From Acidobacteriota bacterium (GTDB lineage: Bacteria > Acidobacteriota > Vicinamibacteria > Vicinamibacterales > UBA2999), in contig JACPTI010000015.1 in the NCBI GenBank assembly GCA_016192845.1, positions 17,022 to 81,021 of the forward strand: a DNA stretch of 64,000 nucleotides. The letters run 5' to 3'. Position numbers and translations under genes: made by a program. Shown in pieces: positions 47,593 through 56,325 of this stretch (position 1 is its first letter; every line of letters starts with the position of its first letter). The notes below the pieces were generated by a model. That model had not been told where the DNA came from and ran no database searches. It saw only the letters and a list, made by a program, of their open reading frames with translations.

Positions 47593-48543
47593 ATGACTCA
47601 TCTAACCGGAAGAAAGCGGCATCGTGGCGCGATCGCGGCGGTGCTGGGGGCGGTTCTGGCCGCCGGATGCGGCGGAACCGAGCCTGCCGCGCCCACGCGG
47701 CTGGTGATCGCGGTGCAGCCGACGGCCACGGCCGAACAGCTGGCGGCCGAATCGAAGGAGCTGGAGCAGTTCCTCGAGGCCAGACTGCCGAACGTCGACG
47801 TGGAGCTGCGCGTCCCGACGCTTTTTGCGGGGGTAATCGAGGCGCTGCGCTTCGGTCATGCCGACGCGGCGTTCATGAGCGCGTGGCCGGCGGCCCTCGC
47901 TCAGAAGCACGCCGGTGCCGAGGTGGCGCTCGCCGAGGTGCGGCAGGTGCTCATCGATCGCGAAACCGTCGAACGGCCTTTTTACTACTCCTACTGGGTC
48001 GTAATGCCCGGCAGTCCGTACAAGTCGCTCTCCGATCTCAAGGGACGGCGCGTCGCGTTTCCAAGCCCGCTGTCGACATCCGGCTACGTGATGCCGATGG
48101 CCAAGCTCGTCGAGCTCGGCCACCTGACGCCCGGGGAAGGCGAAGCCGACCCGGAGCAGTTCTTCGGGCAGGTTTTGTTTGCCGGCGGCTACGCGCAGGC
48201 CTGGCAGGCGCTGAAAGCGGGGCAGGTCGATGCGACGATCATCGCCGGCGACGTTCCGGCGGCGTTGTACAACGAGGTGCTCGCCGCCACTCGCGTCGTC
48301 GAGTCGCAGGGGCCGATCCCGTCGCATGCGGTCGTGTTCGCGAAGACGCTGCAGGAGCCGATGCGCTCGCAGCTGCGCGACGCGCTCATGGCGCTTGGCG
48401 ACGAGCAGCACCGGGATCTGATGCGCCGCTTCATTTCGGGCATCTTCGTCCGGTTCCAGCCGGCGACCACGGAGGAGCACCTGGCGTCCCTCCAGCAGTC
48501 GCTCGAGGCGACCAACCTCCGGTTCACCGAGCGGCTGCGGTGA
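47593..48543 (+). CDS. PhnD-family (phosphonate/phosphite-type) ABC substrate-binding lipoprotein
   Basis: 316 aa with lipobox LAAGC. PhnD-like pattern (FGHADAAFMS, STSGYVMP). Confidence 0.8.
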   Translation: MTHLTGRKRHRGAIAAVLGAVLAAGCGGTEPAAPTRLVIAVQPTATAEQLAAESKELEQFLEARLPNVDVELRVPTLFAGVIEALRFGHADAAFMSAWPAALAQKHAGAEVALAEVRQVLIDRETVERPFYYSYWVVMPGSPYKSLSDLKGRRVAFPSPLSTSGYVMPMAKLVELGHLTPGEGEADPEQFFGQVLFAGGYAQAWQALKAGQVDATIIAGDVPAALYNEVLAATRVVESQGPIPSHAVVFAKTLQEPMRSQLRDALMALGDEQHRDLMRRFISGIFVRFQPATTEEHLASLQQSLEATNLRFTERLR

Positions 48544-49319
48544 TTCGCGCCGCCGTTCCGCTGTCGCCGGCGCCGGAGGCCGGGGCCGCCGCCATCGAGG
48601 CGGTCCGCCTCTCGTGCGCGTACGTGCCCGGCCGGCCCGTGCTGCAGGAGATCGATCTCGTCGTCGCGGCGGGATCGATCTCGATGATTCTCGGGCCGAG
48701 CGGCAGCGGCAAGAGCACGCTGTTGAAGGCCGTCAAGGGGCTGGTGCGGCCCCAGTCGGGGACGCTCTCGCTCTTCGGCGAACCGGCTGGCGCCCCGGAC
48801 CGGCGCGCGGATCGTGCGCTGCGATCGGTGGCGTGGATTCCGCAGAACCTCGGACTGGTCCGTAATCTGACCGTCCTCGACAACGTGCTGACCGGCGCGC
48901 TCGGCCGCGTCGGGAGCCTGCGGTCGCTGATTGGCGCGTTTCCGGCCGCGCTGCGGGACGAAGCGCTGGCGACGCTCGAATCGCTCGGCATCCACCAGAA
49001 GGCCGCAGAGAAGGTCTACAGCCTGAGCGGCGGCGAGCGCCAGCGGGTCGCCATAGCGCGGGCGCTGATGCAGCGCCCGAGACTCGTGTTGGCCGACGAG
49101 TTCGTCTCGCAGCTCGATCCCGTCACCACGCGCGAGAGCCTCGACGTCGTCCGGCGCATCGCGGCCACGGGGGTGACGTTCCTCATCACGTCGCACGAGG
49201 TGGAGCTGGTGGCCGAGTACGCCGACCGGGTCGTCGTGCTGCGCGGCGGCCGCAAGATTCACGACGGGGCGGCGGGCTCGTTCACCTGGACGTCCGTGAT
49301 GGGGCTGCTCGGCCGATGA
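48540..49319 (+). CDS. ABC transporter ATP-binding protein (PhnC-like)
   Basis: The GTG at 48540 overlaps the upstream stop (GTGA). Walker A GPSGSGKST, signature LSGGERQ, Walker B LVLADE. Confidence 0.85.
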   Translation: MIRAAVPLSPAPEAGAAAIEAVRLSCAYVPGRPVLQEIDLVVAAGSISMILGPSGSGKSTLLKAVKGLVRPQSGTLSLFGEPAGAPDRRADRALRSVAWIPQNLGLVRNLTVLDNVLTGALGRVGSLRSLIGAFPAALRDEALATLESLGIHQKAAEKVYSLSGGERQRVAIARALMQRPRLVLADEFVSQLDPVTTRESLDVVRRIAATGVTFLITSHEVELVAEYADRVVVLRGGRKIHDGAAGSFTWTSVMGLLGR

Positions 49320-50101
49320 GCGCGCGCCGTCCCTCCGGGCTGTCCGTGACGGCGGCGCTTGCCGCCGCCGTGGCGCTCGTCATGATGGCGGACCTCGGGC
49401 TGCTCGATCGCCGGCAGCTCAGCCTGGCATGGAGCAACACGGTCGTGTTCGTGGGCGAGCTGTTTCCGCCGAGCGCGCAGCCGATGCCAACGCTGCTCGA
49501 CGCGACCGTCGAGACGCTGCAGATTGCCTACGTGGGCACGGTGCTCGGCTTCATCGCGGCGCTTCCGCTGGCGATCCTGGCGACGCGCACGATTTTCGGC
49601 CCGTATGTGGCCGGGCCGGTGCGGCTGCTTCTCGCCGCCGTGCGCACCGTGCCTGCGCTGCTCTGGGCGGTTGTCTTCGTCGTGGCATTCGGTCTCGGGC
49701 CGGCCGCGGGCGCGCTCGGCATCGCCGCCTATACGCTCGGCTACCTCGGGAAGCTCCTGTACGAGGCGTTCGAGGGGGTCGACCACGAAGTCGTCGACGC
49801 CGTGTGGAGCGTCGGCTGCAACCGCGTGCAGCTGACCCGGTTCGCCGTGCTGCCCGAGGCCGCCAACCAGATCCTGAGCCAGCTCCTCTTCGTCTTCGAG
49901 TACAACGTTCGCGCCTCGTCGATCATGGGCTTTGTCGGGGCCGGCGGTATCGGCTTCCACCTGCTCGGCTACCTGCAGCTGCTGCAGTACCGGAATCTGC
50001 TCACTGCGCTGCTGCTGACGCTGGGCCTGGTGCTGCTCATCGATTACGCGAGCAGCCGGGTCCGGCGCCTCGTGCTGCCGCCGCTGGCGCACGGCGCGTG
50101 A
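49316..50101 (+). CDS. ABC transporter permease (PhnE-like)
   Basis: 261 aa, polytopic. ATGA overlap with the ATPase gene. Confidence 0.85.
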   Translation: MSARRPSGLSVTAALAAAVALVMMADLGLLDRRQLSLAWSNTVVFVGELFPPSAQPMPTLLDATVETLQIAYVGTVLGFIAALPLAILATRTIFGPYVAGPVRLLLAAVRTVPALLWAVVFVVAFGLGPAAGALGIAAYTLGYLGKLLYEAFEGVDHEVVDAVWSVGCNRVQLTRFAVLPEAANQILSQLLFVFEYNVRASSIMGFVGAGGIGFHLLGYLQLLQYRNLLTALLLTLGLVLLIDYASSRVRRLVLPPLAHGA

Positions 50102-51420
50102 TGGACTCGGTCTCGCTCCCCTTTGCCAGGCAGACGCTCGCCAACGGTCTCGACGTCATCGTCCACGAGGACCATCACGTGCCGATCGTCGCCGTCAACG
50201 TCTGGTATCACGTCGGTTCCAAGAACGAGCGCCCCGGCCGCACCGGCTTTGCCCATCTGTTCGAGCACCTGATGTTCGAGGGCTCTGCGCACCACAACGC
50301 CGGGTACTTTCCGCCGCTCCAGCGGGCGGGAGCAATGCTGAACGGCTCCACCAATACCGACCGGACCAACTACTGGGAGGTCGTGCCGACCAGCGCCGTC
50401 GATCTCGCCCTCTGGCTGGAATCCGATCGCATGGGGTACCTGCTGCCCGCGCTGACAGAACAGCGCTTCGAGACGCAGCGCGACGTCGTGCTGAACGAGC
50501 GGCGCCAGAACTACGAGAACCGGCCGTACGGGTTCGCGGTGATGGCGATAGCGGCGGCGCTCTATCCCGACGACCACCCGTACCACTGGCTCACGATCGG
50601 CACGGCTGACGACCTGCGCGCGATGCGGCTGGAAGAGGTCCAGGAGTTCTTCCGCACCTACTACCACCCGGCCAACGCGTCGCTGACGCTTGCGGGCGAC
50701 ATCGACCCGGGTCGCGCCTTCGAGCTGGCGGACCGTTACTTCGGCGAACTGCCGGCCGGCGCGCGTCCCGAGCCGGTCCGGCCGGCTTCCGCGGCGGCGC
50801 CCGGCCGGGAAGTGCGCCTCCTGCTGGAGGACCGCGTCGAGCTGCCGCGCCTCTACATGGCCTGGCATTCGCCGGCCATGTTCCACGATGGAGACGCGGA
50901 GCTCGACCTGCTGGCCGACCTGCTCGCCAACGGTAAGGCCTCGCGGCTGTACCGCACGCTGGTCTACGAGCGGCGCATTGCGCTCGATGTCTCGGCGCAC
51001 CAGAATTCACGCGAGCTGTCGAGCTTCTTCCTGCTCGTCGCCACCGCAGCGCCCGGCCAGTCGCTCACCGACATCGCGGCCTTCATCGACCTCGAGCTGC
51101 AGCGGACGGCAGACGAGGGTCCGTCGGAGGCGGAAATGGAACGCGCCCGCGCGCAGATCGAAGCCCAGTTCATGTACCGGCTCCAAACGGTCGGCGGGTT
51201 CGGAGGGAAATCGGACCAGCTGAACGCGTACAACATTTACCGCGGGGACCCCGGATTTTTTGCCGCCGACCTCGCGCGCTATCGCACCGCGACGCGAGAG
51301 TCGGTGCGCGAAGCAACTCACCGGTATCTCGGCGTCGACCGTCGGGTCGTGCTGAGCGTGGTGCCGCGCGGCCAGCCTTCGCTGGCCCTGGCCGGCTCCG
51401 AGCCGGTGTCGGTTGCCTGA
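50101..51420 (+). CDS. M16 family zinc peptidase, catalytic-type subunit
   Basis: ATG at 50101 shares 1 nt with the permease stop (TGATG). HLFEH zinc motif. No signal peptide. Confidence 0.9.
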   Translation: MDSVSLPFARQTLANGLDVIVHEDHHVPIVAVNVWYHVGSKNERPGRTGFAHLFEHLMFEGSAHHNAGYFPPLQRAGAMLNGSTNTDRTNYWEVVPTSAVDLALWLESDRMGYLLPALTEQRFETQRDVVLNERRQNYENRPYGFAVMAIAAALYPDDHPYHWLTIGTADDLRAMRLEEVQEFFRTYYHPANASLTLAGDIDPGRAFELADRYFGELPAGARPEPVRPASAAAPGREVRLLLEDRVELPRLYMAWHSPAMFHDGDAELDLLADLLANGKASRLYRTLVYERRIALDVSAHQNSRELSSFFLLVATAAPGQSLTDIAAFIDLELQRTADEGPSEAEMERARAQIEAQFMYRLQTVGGFGGKSDQLNAYNIYRGDPGFFAADLARYRTATRESVREATHRYLGVDRRVVLSVVPRGQPSLALAGSEPVSVA

Positions 51421-52790
51421 TGCCGGCGGATCGCTCCCGGCTGCCCGAGGTTGGTCCGGATCCACCCTTCAGGTTCCCGGCCATCGTCCGGCACCGGCTC
51501 GCCAACGGTCTCGACGTCCGCACCATCGAGCACCACACGGTGCCGGTGGTGTCGTGCGTCCTCCAGATTCAGGGCGGCGCGGGCGGCGACCCGCCAGGCG
51601 AGGAGGGCCTTGCGGCCATCACCGCCGACATGGTCGACGAGGGCACCGGCCACCTGAGCGCCATCGACGTCTCGGAAGGTTTTGCCCGCCTGGGCGCCGA
51701 ATATGACGTCGAAGTCGGTCCCGACGCCACGCTCTTCAGCCTCACCGTCCTGTCGCGCTTTGCCGAACGCGGTCTGTCGCTGCTCGCCGACATCCTGGCC
51801 CGGCCCAGCCTGCGGGGGCACGATTTCGAACGCGTGCGGAAGCTCCGCCTCGATCGCCTGCGCCAATTGAAGGATCTGCCGCCGGCGGTGGCCGAACGCG
51901 CGTTCCTGCGTCTGGTATATGGCGACCATCCGTACGGACACCTCCCAATCGGCACCGAGGCGGCGCTGCGGGCCTGTCGCGTGGAGCGCGTCGCGGAGTT
52001 TCATGCGGCGGCTTTCAGTCCGGCGCGCGCGACGCTCGTGCTGGCGGGGCCGCTCGCGCACGAGACCCTGCGTGCCCTGGTAGCCGCCGCGTTTTCCCGT
52101 TGGGCGGACGACGGTCCGGACGGAGCCGCCGCGACCGCAGCCGCCATCGATCCGCCGACGCTCCCGCGCCGGCTGGCCATCGTCCCGCGCGCCGGCGCCG
52201 CGCAGTCCGAGCTGCGCATCGGTCATCTGTCGGCGCGGCGCAACACGCCCGACTATGCGGCGCTGCTCCTCATGAATGCCGTGCTGGGCGGCCAGTTCGT
52301 CAGCCGGATCAACCTGCGCCTGCGCGAGGAGAAGGGCTATACCTACGGCGCGCGGACCGGCTTCGACTGGCGCCGCGGCCCGGCTCCGTTCGCGCTCCAG
52401 GCGAGCGTGCACACCGCCGCCACCGCGGACGCCATCCGCGATACGCTCGCCGAGTTCGATGCCATCCGAGGCGCGCGGCCGCCGTCGGACGAGGAGATGG
52501 CGCTGGCGAGGGCATCGCTCACGCGCGGCTACCCGCGCAACTTCGAGACGGCCGAGCAGGTGGCCCGATCGGTCGCGCAGCTTGCGCTCTACGACCTGCC
52601 CGATTCCTACTTCCAAGAGTTCGTTCCGCGCGTCAACGCTGTCGAACGCAGCGACGTCGTCCGCGCCGCCGAGCGGTATGTGGATGCGGCGCGCGCGACG
52701 ACGCTCATCGTCGGTGATTATCAGGCGATCGGCGAATCGCTCCCGCCGCTCGGCTACGGCGAGCCCCAGATCCTGCCGCCGGACGAGTGA
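51420..52790 (+). CDS. M16 family peptidase, non-catalytic-type subunit
   Basis: 456 aa. TGATG overlap with the upstream M16 gene. No HxxEH motif. Confidence 0.85.
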   Translation: MPADRSRLPEVGPDPPFRFPAIVRHRLANGLDVRTIEHHTVPVVSCVLQIQGGAGGDPPGEEGLAAITADMVDEGTGHLSAIDVSEGFARLGAEYDVEVGPDATLFSLTVLSRFAERGLSLLADILARPSLRGHDFERVRKLRLDRLRQLKDLPPAVAERAFLRLVYGDHPYGHLPIGTEAALRACRVERVAEFHAAAFSPARATLVLAGPLAHETLRALVAAAFSRWADDGPDGAAATAAAIDPPTLPRRLAIVPRAGAAQSELRIGHLSARRNTPDYAALLLMNAVLGGQFVSRINLRLREEKGYTYGARTGFDWRRGPAPFALQASVHTAATADAIRDTLAEFDAIRGARPPSDEEMALARASLTRGYPRNFETAEQVARSVAQLALYDLPDSYFQEFVPRVNAVERSDVVRAAERYVDAARATTLIVGDYQAIGESLPPLGYGEPQILPPDE

Positions 52791-52797
52791 CACATCG

Positions 52798-52907
52798 GTC
52801 CAGCTGAAGCCCGACACCACGCGCGCAGAGGAATGGACGGTCCGGCTGAAGCCGGACGCCACGTACGCAGGTGGGCAGTCGTACGTAGCGTCCGCCTTCA
52901 GGCGGAC
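52798..52907. repeat. Cluster of three REP-B elements (two in one orientation, one inverted)
   Basis: Degenerate GTCCAGCTGAAGCCCGAC at 52798-52815, GTCCGGCTGAAGCCGGAC at 52840-52857, and GTACGTAGCGTCCGCCTTCAGGCGGAC at 52881-52907. Confidence 0.85.
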
Positions 52908-52909
52908 CG

Positions 52910-53965
52910 TCAGAGGTTCTTCATCAGGAACCGCGTCAGCACCCAGCCGTCGACGAACTTGAATGGCGCGGTGCCGGTGCTGTAATGGCCGCACGGCAGC
53001 ACGGTCACCTCGTACGGCAGCTCGCGCCGGCGGAACTCCTCGACCAGCCTGCGCGACAGGTCGGCGGGGAACGACAGGTCGTAGCGCGCGTACACGAGCA
53101 GCGTCCGCACGCTTCTCACGCGGTCGAGATAGGAGAACGGGCTGATCGGGCGCCACACATCGCGAAGCTGATTCAGATCGATATGGCCGTCGAGCCCGGC
53201 GCGTACGTGCTGCGTCGAGAGGCCGCGCCAGACCACGTCGGCGAACCACGGCGACACGTGATTGAGCGCCTGAGTCCGGATCCGCGGTTCGTGCGCTGCC
53301 GTGAGCATCGCGAGACAGGATCCGAGGCTCGTTCCCAGAATGCCAATCCGCTCGTACCCCTGCAGCGCCAGCCACGCGATGGCGCGCCTGGCGTCGACCA
53401 CGGCCTGGCGGCACACCTGGACCGTCCGCGCCACGTTCGAGCTGACGATGTAGTCGGCGCGCGTGAGCTCGGGCGGCATGCGGGCGTCGTGGTAGGGGAG
53501 GCTCATCCGCAAGGCACCGATGCCGACACGTGCCAGCACCCGCGCGAGCGCGACGTGCCCTTCCGCATCGGCATTCCATTGCGGCAGGACGAGGAGGGCT
53601 CTGCCGGTCTCGGGGCTTGTCCGCCGTAGCCTTGGCGAAGGCGGAAACCAGCGCGCGCGGACCGTGTTGTTCTCGGCGTGGGGGGTCGTCAGCGCGCTCG
53701 GGAAGCGCAGCGTGCCGGCTTCGCCGTGCCGGCGGCGTTCCCGCGAAGCCGGCTCGAAGACGTAGTCGCGCGTGGGCGGCGCGTCGAAGAAAGCGCTCGT
53801 GTCGCGCATCACCTCGTCGACCCATTCCCGCACGTGCTCGAGCGGCTCGCTCGTGTGCCCGTTGGTCGTGATCCAGTCGAGTCCCCATTCGAACGGCCGG
53901 ACGACCCGGTTGGTCGGGACAGAGGCCAGACGACGTTCCCAGGCGTGAAACAACGACGCAATCAT
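52910..53965 (-). CDS. Alpha/beta-fold hydrolase
   Basis: 351 aa with nucleophile elbow GTSLG. Confidence 0.8.
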   Translation of the reverse strand: MIASLFHAWERRLASVPTNRVVRPFEWGLDWITTNGHTSEPLEHVREWVDEVMRDTSAFFDAPPTRDYVFEPASRERRRHGEAGTLRFPSALTTPHAENNTVRARWFPPSPRLRRTSPETGRALLVLPQWNADAEGHVALARVLARVGIGALRMSLPYHDARMPPELTRADYIVSSNVARTVQVCRQAVVDARRAIAWLALQGYERIGILGTSLGSCLAMLTAAHEPRIRTQALNHVSPWFADVVWRGLSTQHVRAGLDGHIDLNQLRDVWRPISPFSYLDRVRSVRTLLVYARYDLSFPADLSRRLVEEFRRRELPYEVTVLPCGHYSTGTAPFKFVDGWVLTRFLMKNL

Positions 53966-54134
53966 TCAGGCTCGATCATTACAGAACGACGGCTCGTGCA
54001 GGAGCAGCCGAGAAAACCGGACGTGCCGCGGCCGCCCGGCGTACCGGACGTCATCGACCTGCCGCCGCCCGATGTGTCAGCCCGGCGCCGCCCCCCGACA
54101 TCCCGCCGCAGCCGCTCCCGGAGCGCCCCGAGCC

Positions 54135-55490
54135 TCAACGCGACACCCCCGGCCCGAGGTGAGGCTCCAGCGCCCGCGCGGCCGCGAGCAGCTCCGCGTC
54201 CGCACCCCGGCGCCCGACGATTTGCGCGCCGACAGGGAGCCGGTCCGCCGTGGCTCCGCACGGAACGGTGATGGCGGGATGCCCGGTGATGTTGAAGAGC
54301 TGCGTCAGCCGCAGCATGACGTTGCGGACCGGTTCGTCCGCTCCACCGACGCGCACGGTCTCCGCGCCGATTGTCGGCGCCGGAATCGCCAGGGCGGGCA
54401 GCAGCAGGCCGTCGCAGCCGTCGAGCGCCGCGTCGACTTCGGCTGTGAGGACCTCGCGCCCGCGCAGCGCCCGCACGTAGTCCTCTGCAAGGATGTAGCG
54501 CCCCATCTCGAGCCGCAGCCGGACGTTCGGCGTGTAGTCGTCCGCGCGGTGCTCGAGTGTGACGGCGTGGTAGGCCGCCGCCTCCGACAGCACGATGTGG
54601 AGGTAGATGGACGCGATGTCGCCGGCGTGCGGAATCGAGACGTCGACGATATTGGCGCCCGCCTCGCGCAGCCGGGCGCAGGCGGCATCGAACGCGGCGG
54701 CAACCTCCGGATCGAGCAGCGCCACGAAGTACTCGCGCAGCCGGCCGAGCCGCAGCCCGCGGGCGTCGCGTGCCGGCGGCGGCAACGGCGAGGCGCCACG
54801 CAACACGTCGAACACGATTTGCGCGTCTTCGACCGACCGGCACAGCGGTCCGACGTGATCCATCGTCGTGCTGAGGGGCACTACGCCGTCGGTCGGCACC
54901 GCGCCAAGCGTCGGCTTGAAGCCGACGAGACCGCACGCCGCCGAAGGAATCCGAATCGAGCCGCCCGTATCGCTGCCAATCGAGCCGTACGCCATCCGCG
55001 CAAGCACCGACGCCGCCGATCCGCCGGACGAGCCGCCGGGCGACCGGGTCGGATCGAGCGGGTGGCGCGCGGGCCCGAACGCGGAATCCTCGTTCGTCGT
55101 ACCGAGCGCGAACTCGTGCAGGTTCGTCTTGCCGACGAGCACCGCCCCGGCCGCGCGCAGGCGCGCGACGACCGTTGCATCTCTGGCGGCCACGTGCCCC
55201 TCGCGCACGCGCGAGGCGGCGGTCGTCGGCACCCCGCGCACGTCGATGAGGTCTTTCAGCGAGATCGGCACGCCGTGCAGCGGTCCGCGCGACCGGCCCC
55301 GGGCGATCTCCGCGTCGGCCTGGCGGGCCTGTTCGCGCGCCTCGTCGGCGAACACGCGGATGAACGCGTTCAGCGCGCCGTTCTGCGCCGCGATCGCCTG
55401 CAGACACCGTTCGGTGACGAGTTCGGCCGTGACCTCGCGTGCGGCAAGCGCCCGCGACAGTCCGGTAATCGTCTGCGGCTCAGCGCGCAT
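54135..55490 (-). CDS. Amidase-signature family enzyme (GatA/AtzE-like)
   Basis: 451 aa with the GGSSGGSAA amidase signature. Confidence 0.9.
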   Translation of the reverse strand: MRAEPQTITGLSRALAAREVTAELVTERCLQAIAAQNGALNAFIRVFADEAREQARQADAEIARGRSRGPLHGVPISLKDLIDVRGVPTTAASRVREGHVAARDATVVARLRAAGAVLVGKTNLHEFALGTTNEDSAFGPARHPLDPTRSPGGSSGGSAASVLARMAYGSIGSDTGGSIRIPSAACGLVGFKPTLGAVPTDGVVPLSTTMDHVGPLCRSVEDAQIVFDVLRGASPLPPPARDARGLRLGRLREYFVALLDPEVAAAFDAACARLREAGANIVDVSIPHAGDIASIYLHIVLSEAAAYHAVTLEHRADDYTPNVRLRLEMGRYILAEDYVRALRGREVLTAEVDAALDGCDGLLLPALAIPAPTIGAETVRVGGADEPVRNVMLRLTQLFNITGHPAITVPCGATADRLPVGAQIVGRRGADAELLAAARALEPHLGPGVSR

Positions 55491-55644
55491 GCGCGTCGAA
55501 CTGGCCGGTGGCGTCTGGATTCCAGTCGGCGTTCCTCAGGGCGGAGGTCGCGCGCGCGAGCGCCTCGAGCAGCGGCCGCAGCGCCGGAAGGCCGCGCCGG
55601 TCCGCGTCCTGCAGGGCGTGTTCGAGCCAGAGCTTGATGGTCAC
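55480..55644 (-). CDS. Candidate 54-aa ORF translationally coupled to the amidase
   Basis: Hand translation from the GTG at 55644: VTIKLWLEHALQDADRRGLPALRPLLEALARATSALRNADWNPDATGQFDAHAR. Its stop overlaps the amidase start by 11 nt. It is below the ORF-track size cutoff. Confidence 0.3.
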   Translation of the reverse strand: MTIKLWLEHALQDADRRGLPALRPLLEALARATSALRNADWNPDATGQFDAHAR

Positions 55645-55658
55645 GGAGATAGATTACA

Positions 55659-55706
55659 GGGGGCGAGGGGAGAGGGGTTAGGGGCGAGGGGTGAGGGGGG
55701 TAGGGG
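55659..55706 (+). other. G-quadruplex-prone tract: seven G runs of at least 4 in 48 nt
   Basis: G runs at 55659-63, 55667-70, 55674-77, 55681-84, 55688-91, 55695-700 and 55703-06. Confidence 0.7.
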
Positions 55707-55817
55707 CGCGATGAGACGCACCACGATCGTCCGCCGGCTTCGACGGTCGTCCTCATGAGCATCACGCCCGACCTGGCGCGCGGGTCCTCCAACCTCCTCA
55801 AACTCCAGCGCGTGTGA

Positions 55818-56282
55818 TCAGCGCCAACGCTCTTCGAGGTACTTCTTCAGCCCGTGCAGCGCGGTAATCCAGCCGTTCGCCGTGACGTCGTAGTACCGCG
55901 TCCAGCGTTCGTTCGTCTCCTCGTGCCCCGACTGCCGGAGGTGGAGCAGCGTGCCCGCCACTTCCTGGCTGCACCGTGCCTCGAGTGCCATCGGCCCGAT
56001 CGGGTCGCCGTCCGGCGGCTGCCAGTACAGATCCGCGACGAAGAACTCGCGTCCCGGCGTGAACTCGACGACGGTGCCGTGGAGGACGCCGCCGAGGCGG
56101 CCGAGCAGCCCGTCGCGCCATTCGGTCGGCTCCCATTCCACCGCGTAGCTGCCGAACGGCCGCGGCACGCATACGGACCGCGATACCTCCCACCAGGCGG
56201 CCAGCGCCTCGGCGTCGAAAAACGCTTCGAGCACCGCCGCCGGCGGCGCCTTGATGAGCAGACTATGAACGAACTCGCGCAT
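55818..56282 (-). CDS. SRPBCC/AHSA1-like domain protein
   Basis: In-frame ATG at 56282. MREFVHSLLIKAPPAAVLEAFFDAEALAAWW... is typical of the family. Confidence 0.75.
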   Translation of the reverse strand: MREFVHSLLIKAPPAAVLEAFFDAEALAAWWEVSRSVCVPRPFGSYAVEWEPTEWRDGLLGRLGGVLHGTVVEFTPGREFFVADLYWQPPDGDPIGPMALEARCSQEVAGTLLHLRQSGHEETNERWTRYYDVTANGWITALHGLKKYLEERWR

Positions 56283-56325
56283 GGCTGGGTTGGCGGGTAC
56301 TGCATTGTGCCTCGATAATCGGGAC

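Noticed and set aside
47593-50101. Calling the transporter a bona fide phosphonate (phnCDE) system
   Set aside because: Only family-level similarity is visible. No C-P lyase, phosphonatase or phosphite dehydrogenase genes are nearby, and the operon continues into peptidases. Gene symbols were therefore withheld.
51318-53888. 856-aa minus-strand ORF
   Set aside because: It runs antisense through an M16 gene and the REP-B cluster, and out of frame through the alpha/beta hydrolase gene. Its SGFSRT and LKADATY peptides are just translated REP-B repeats.
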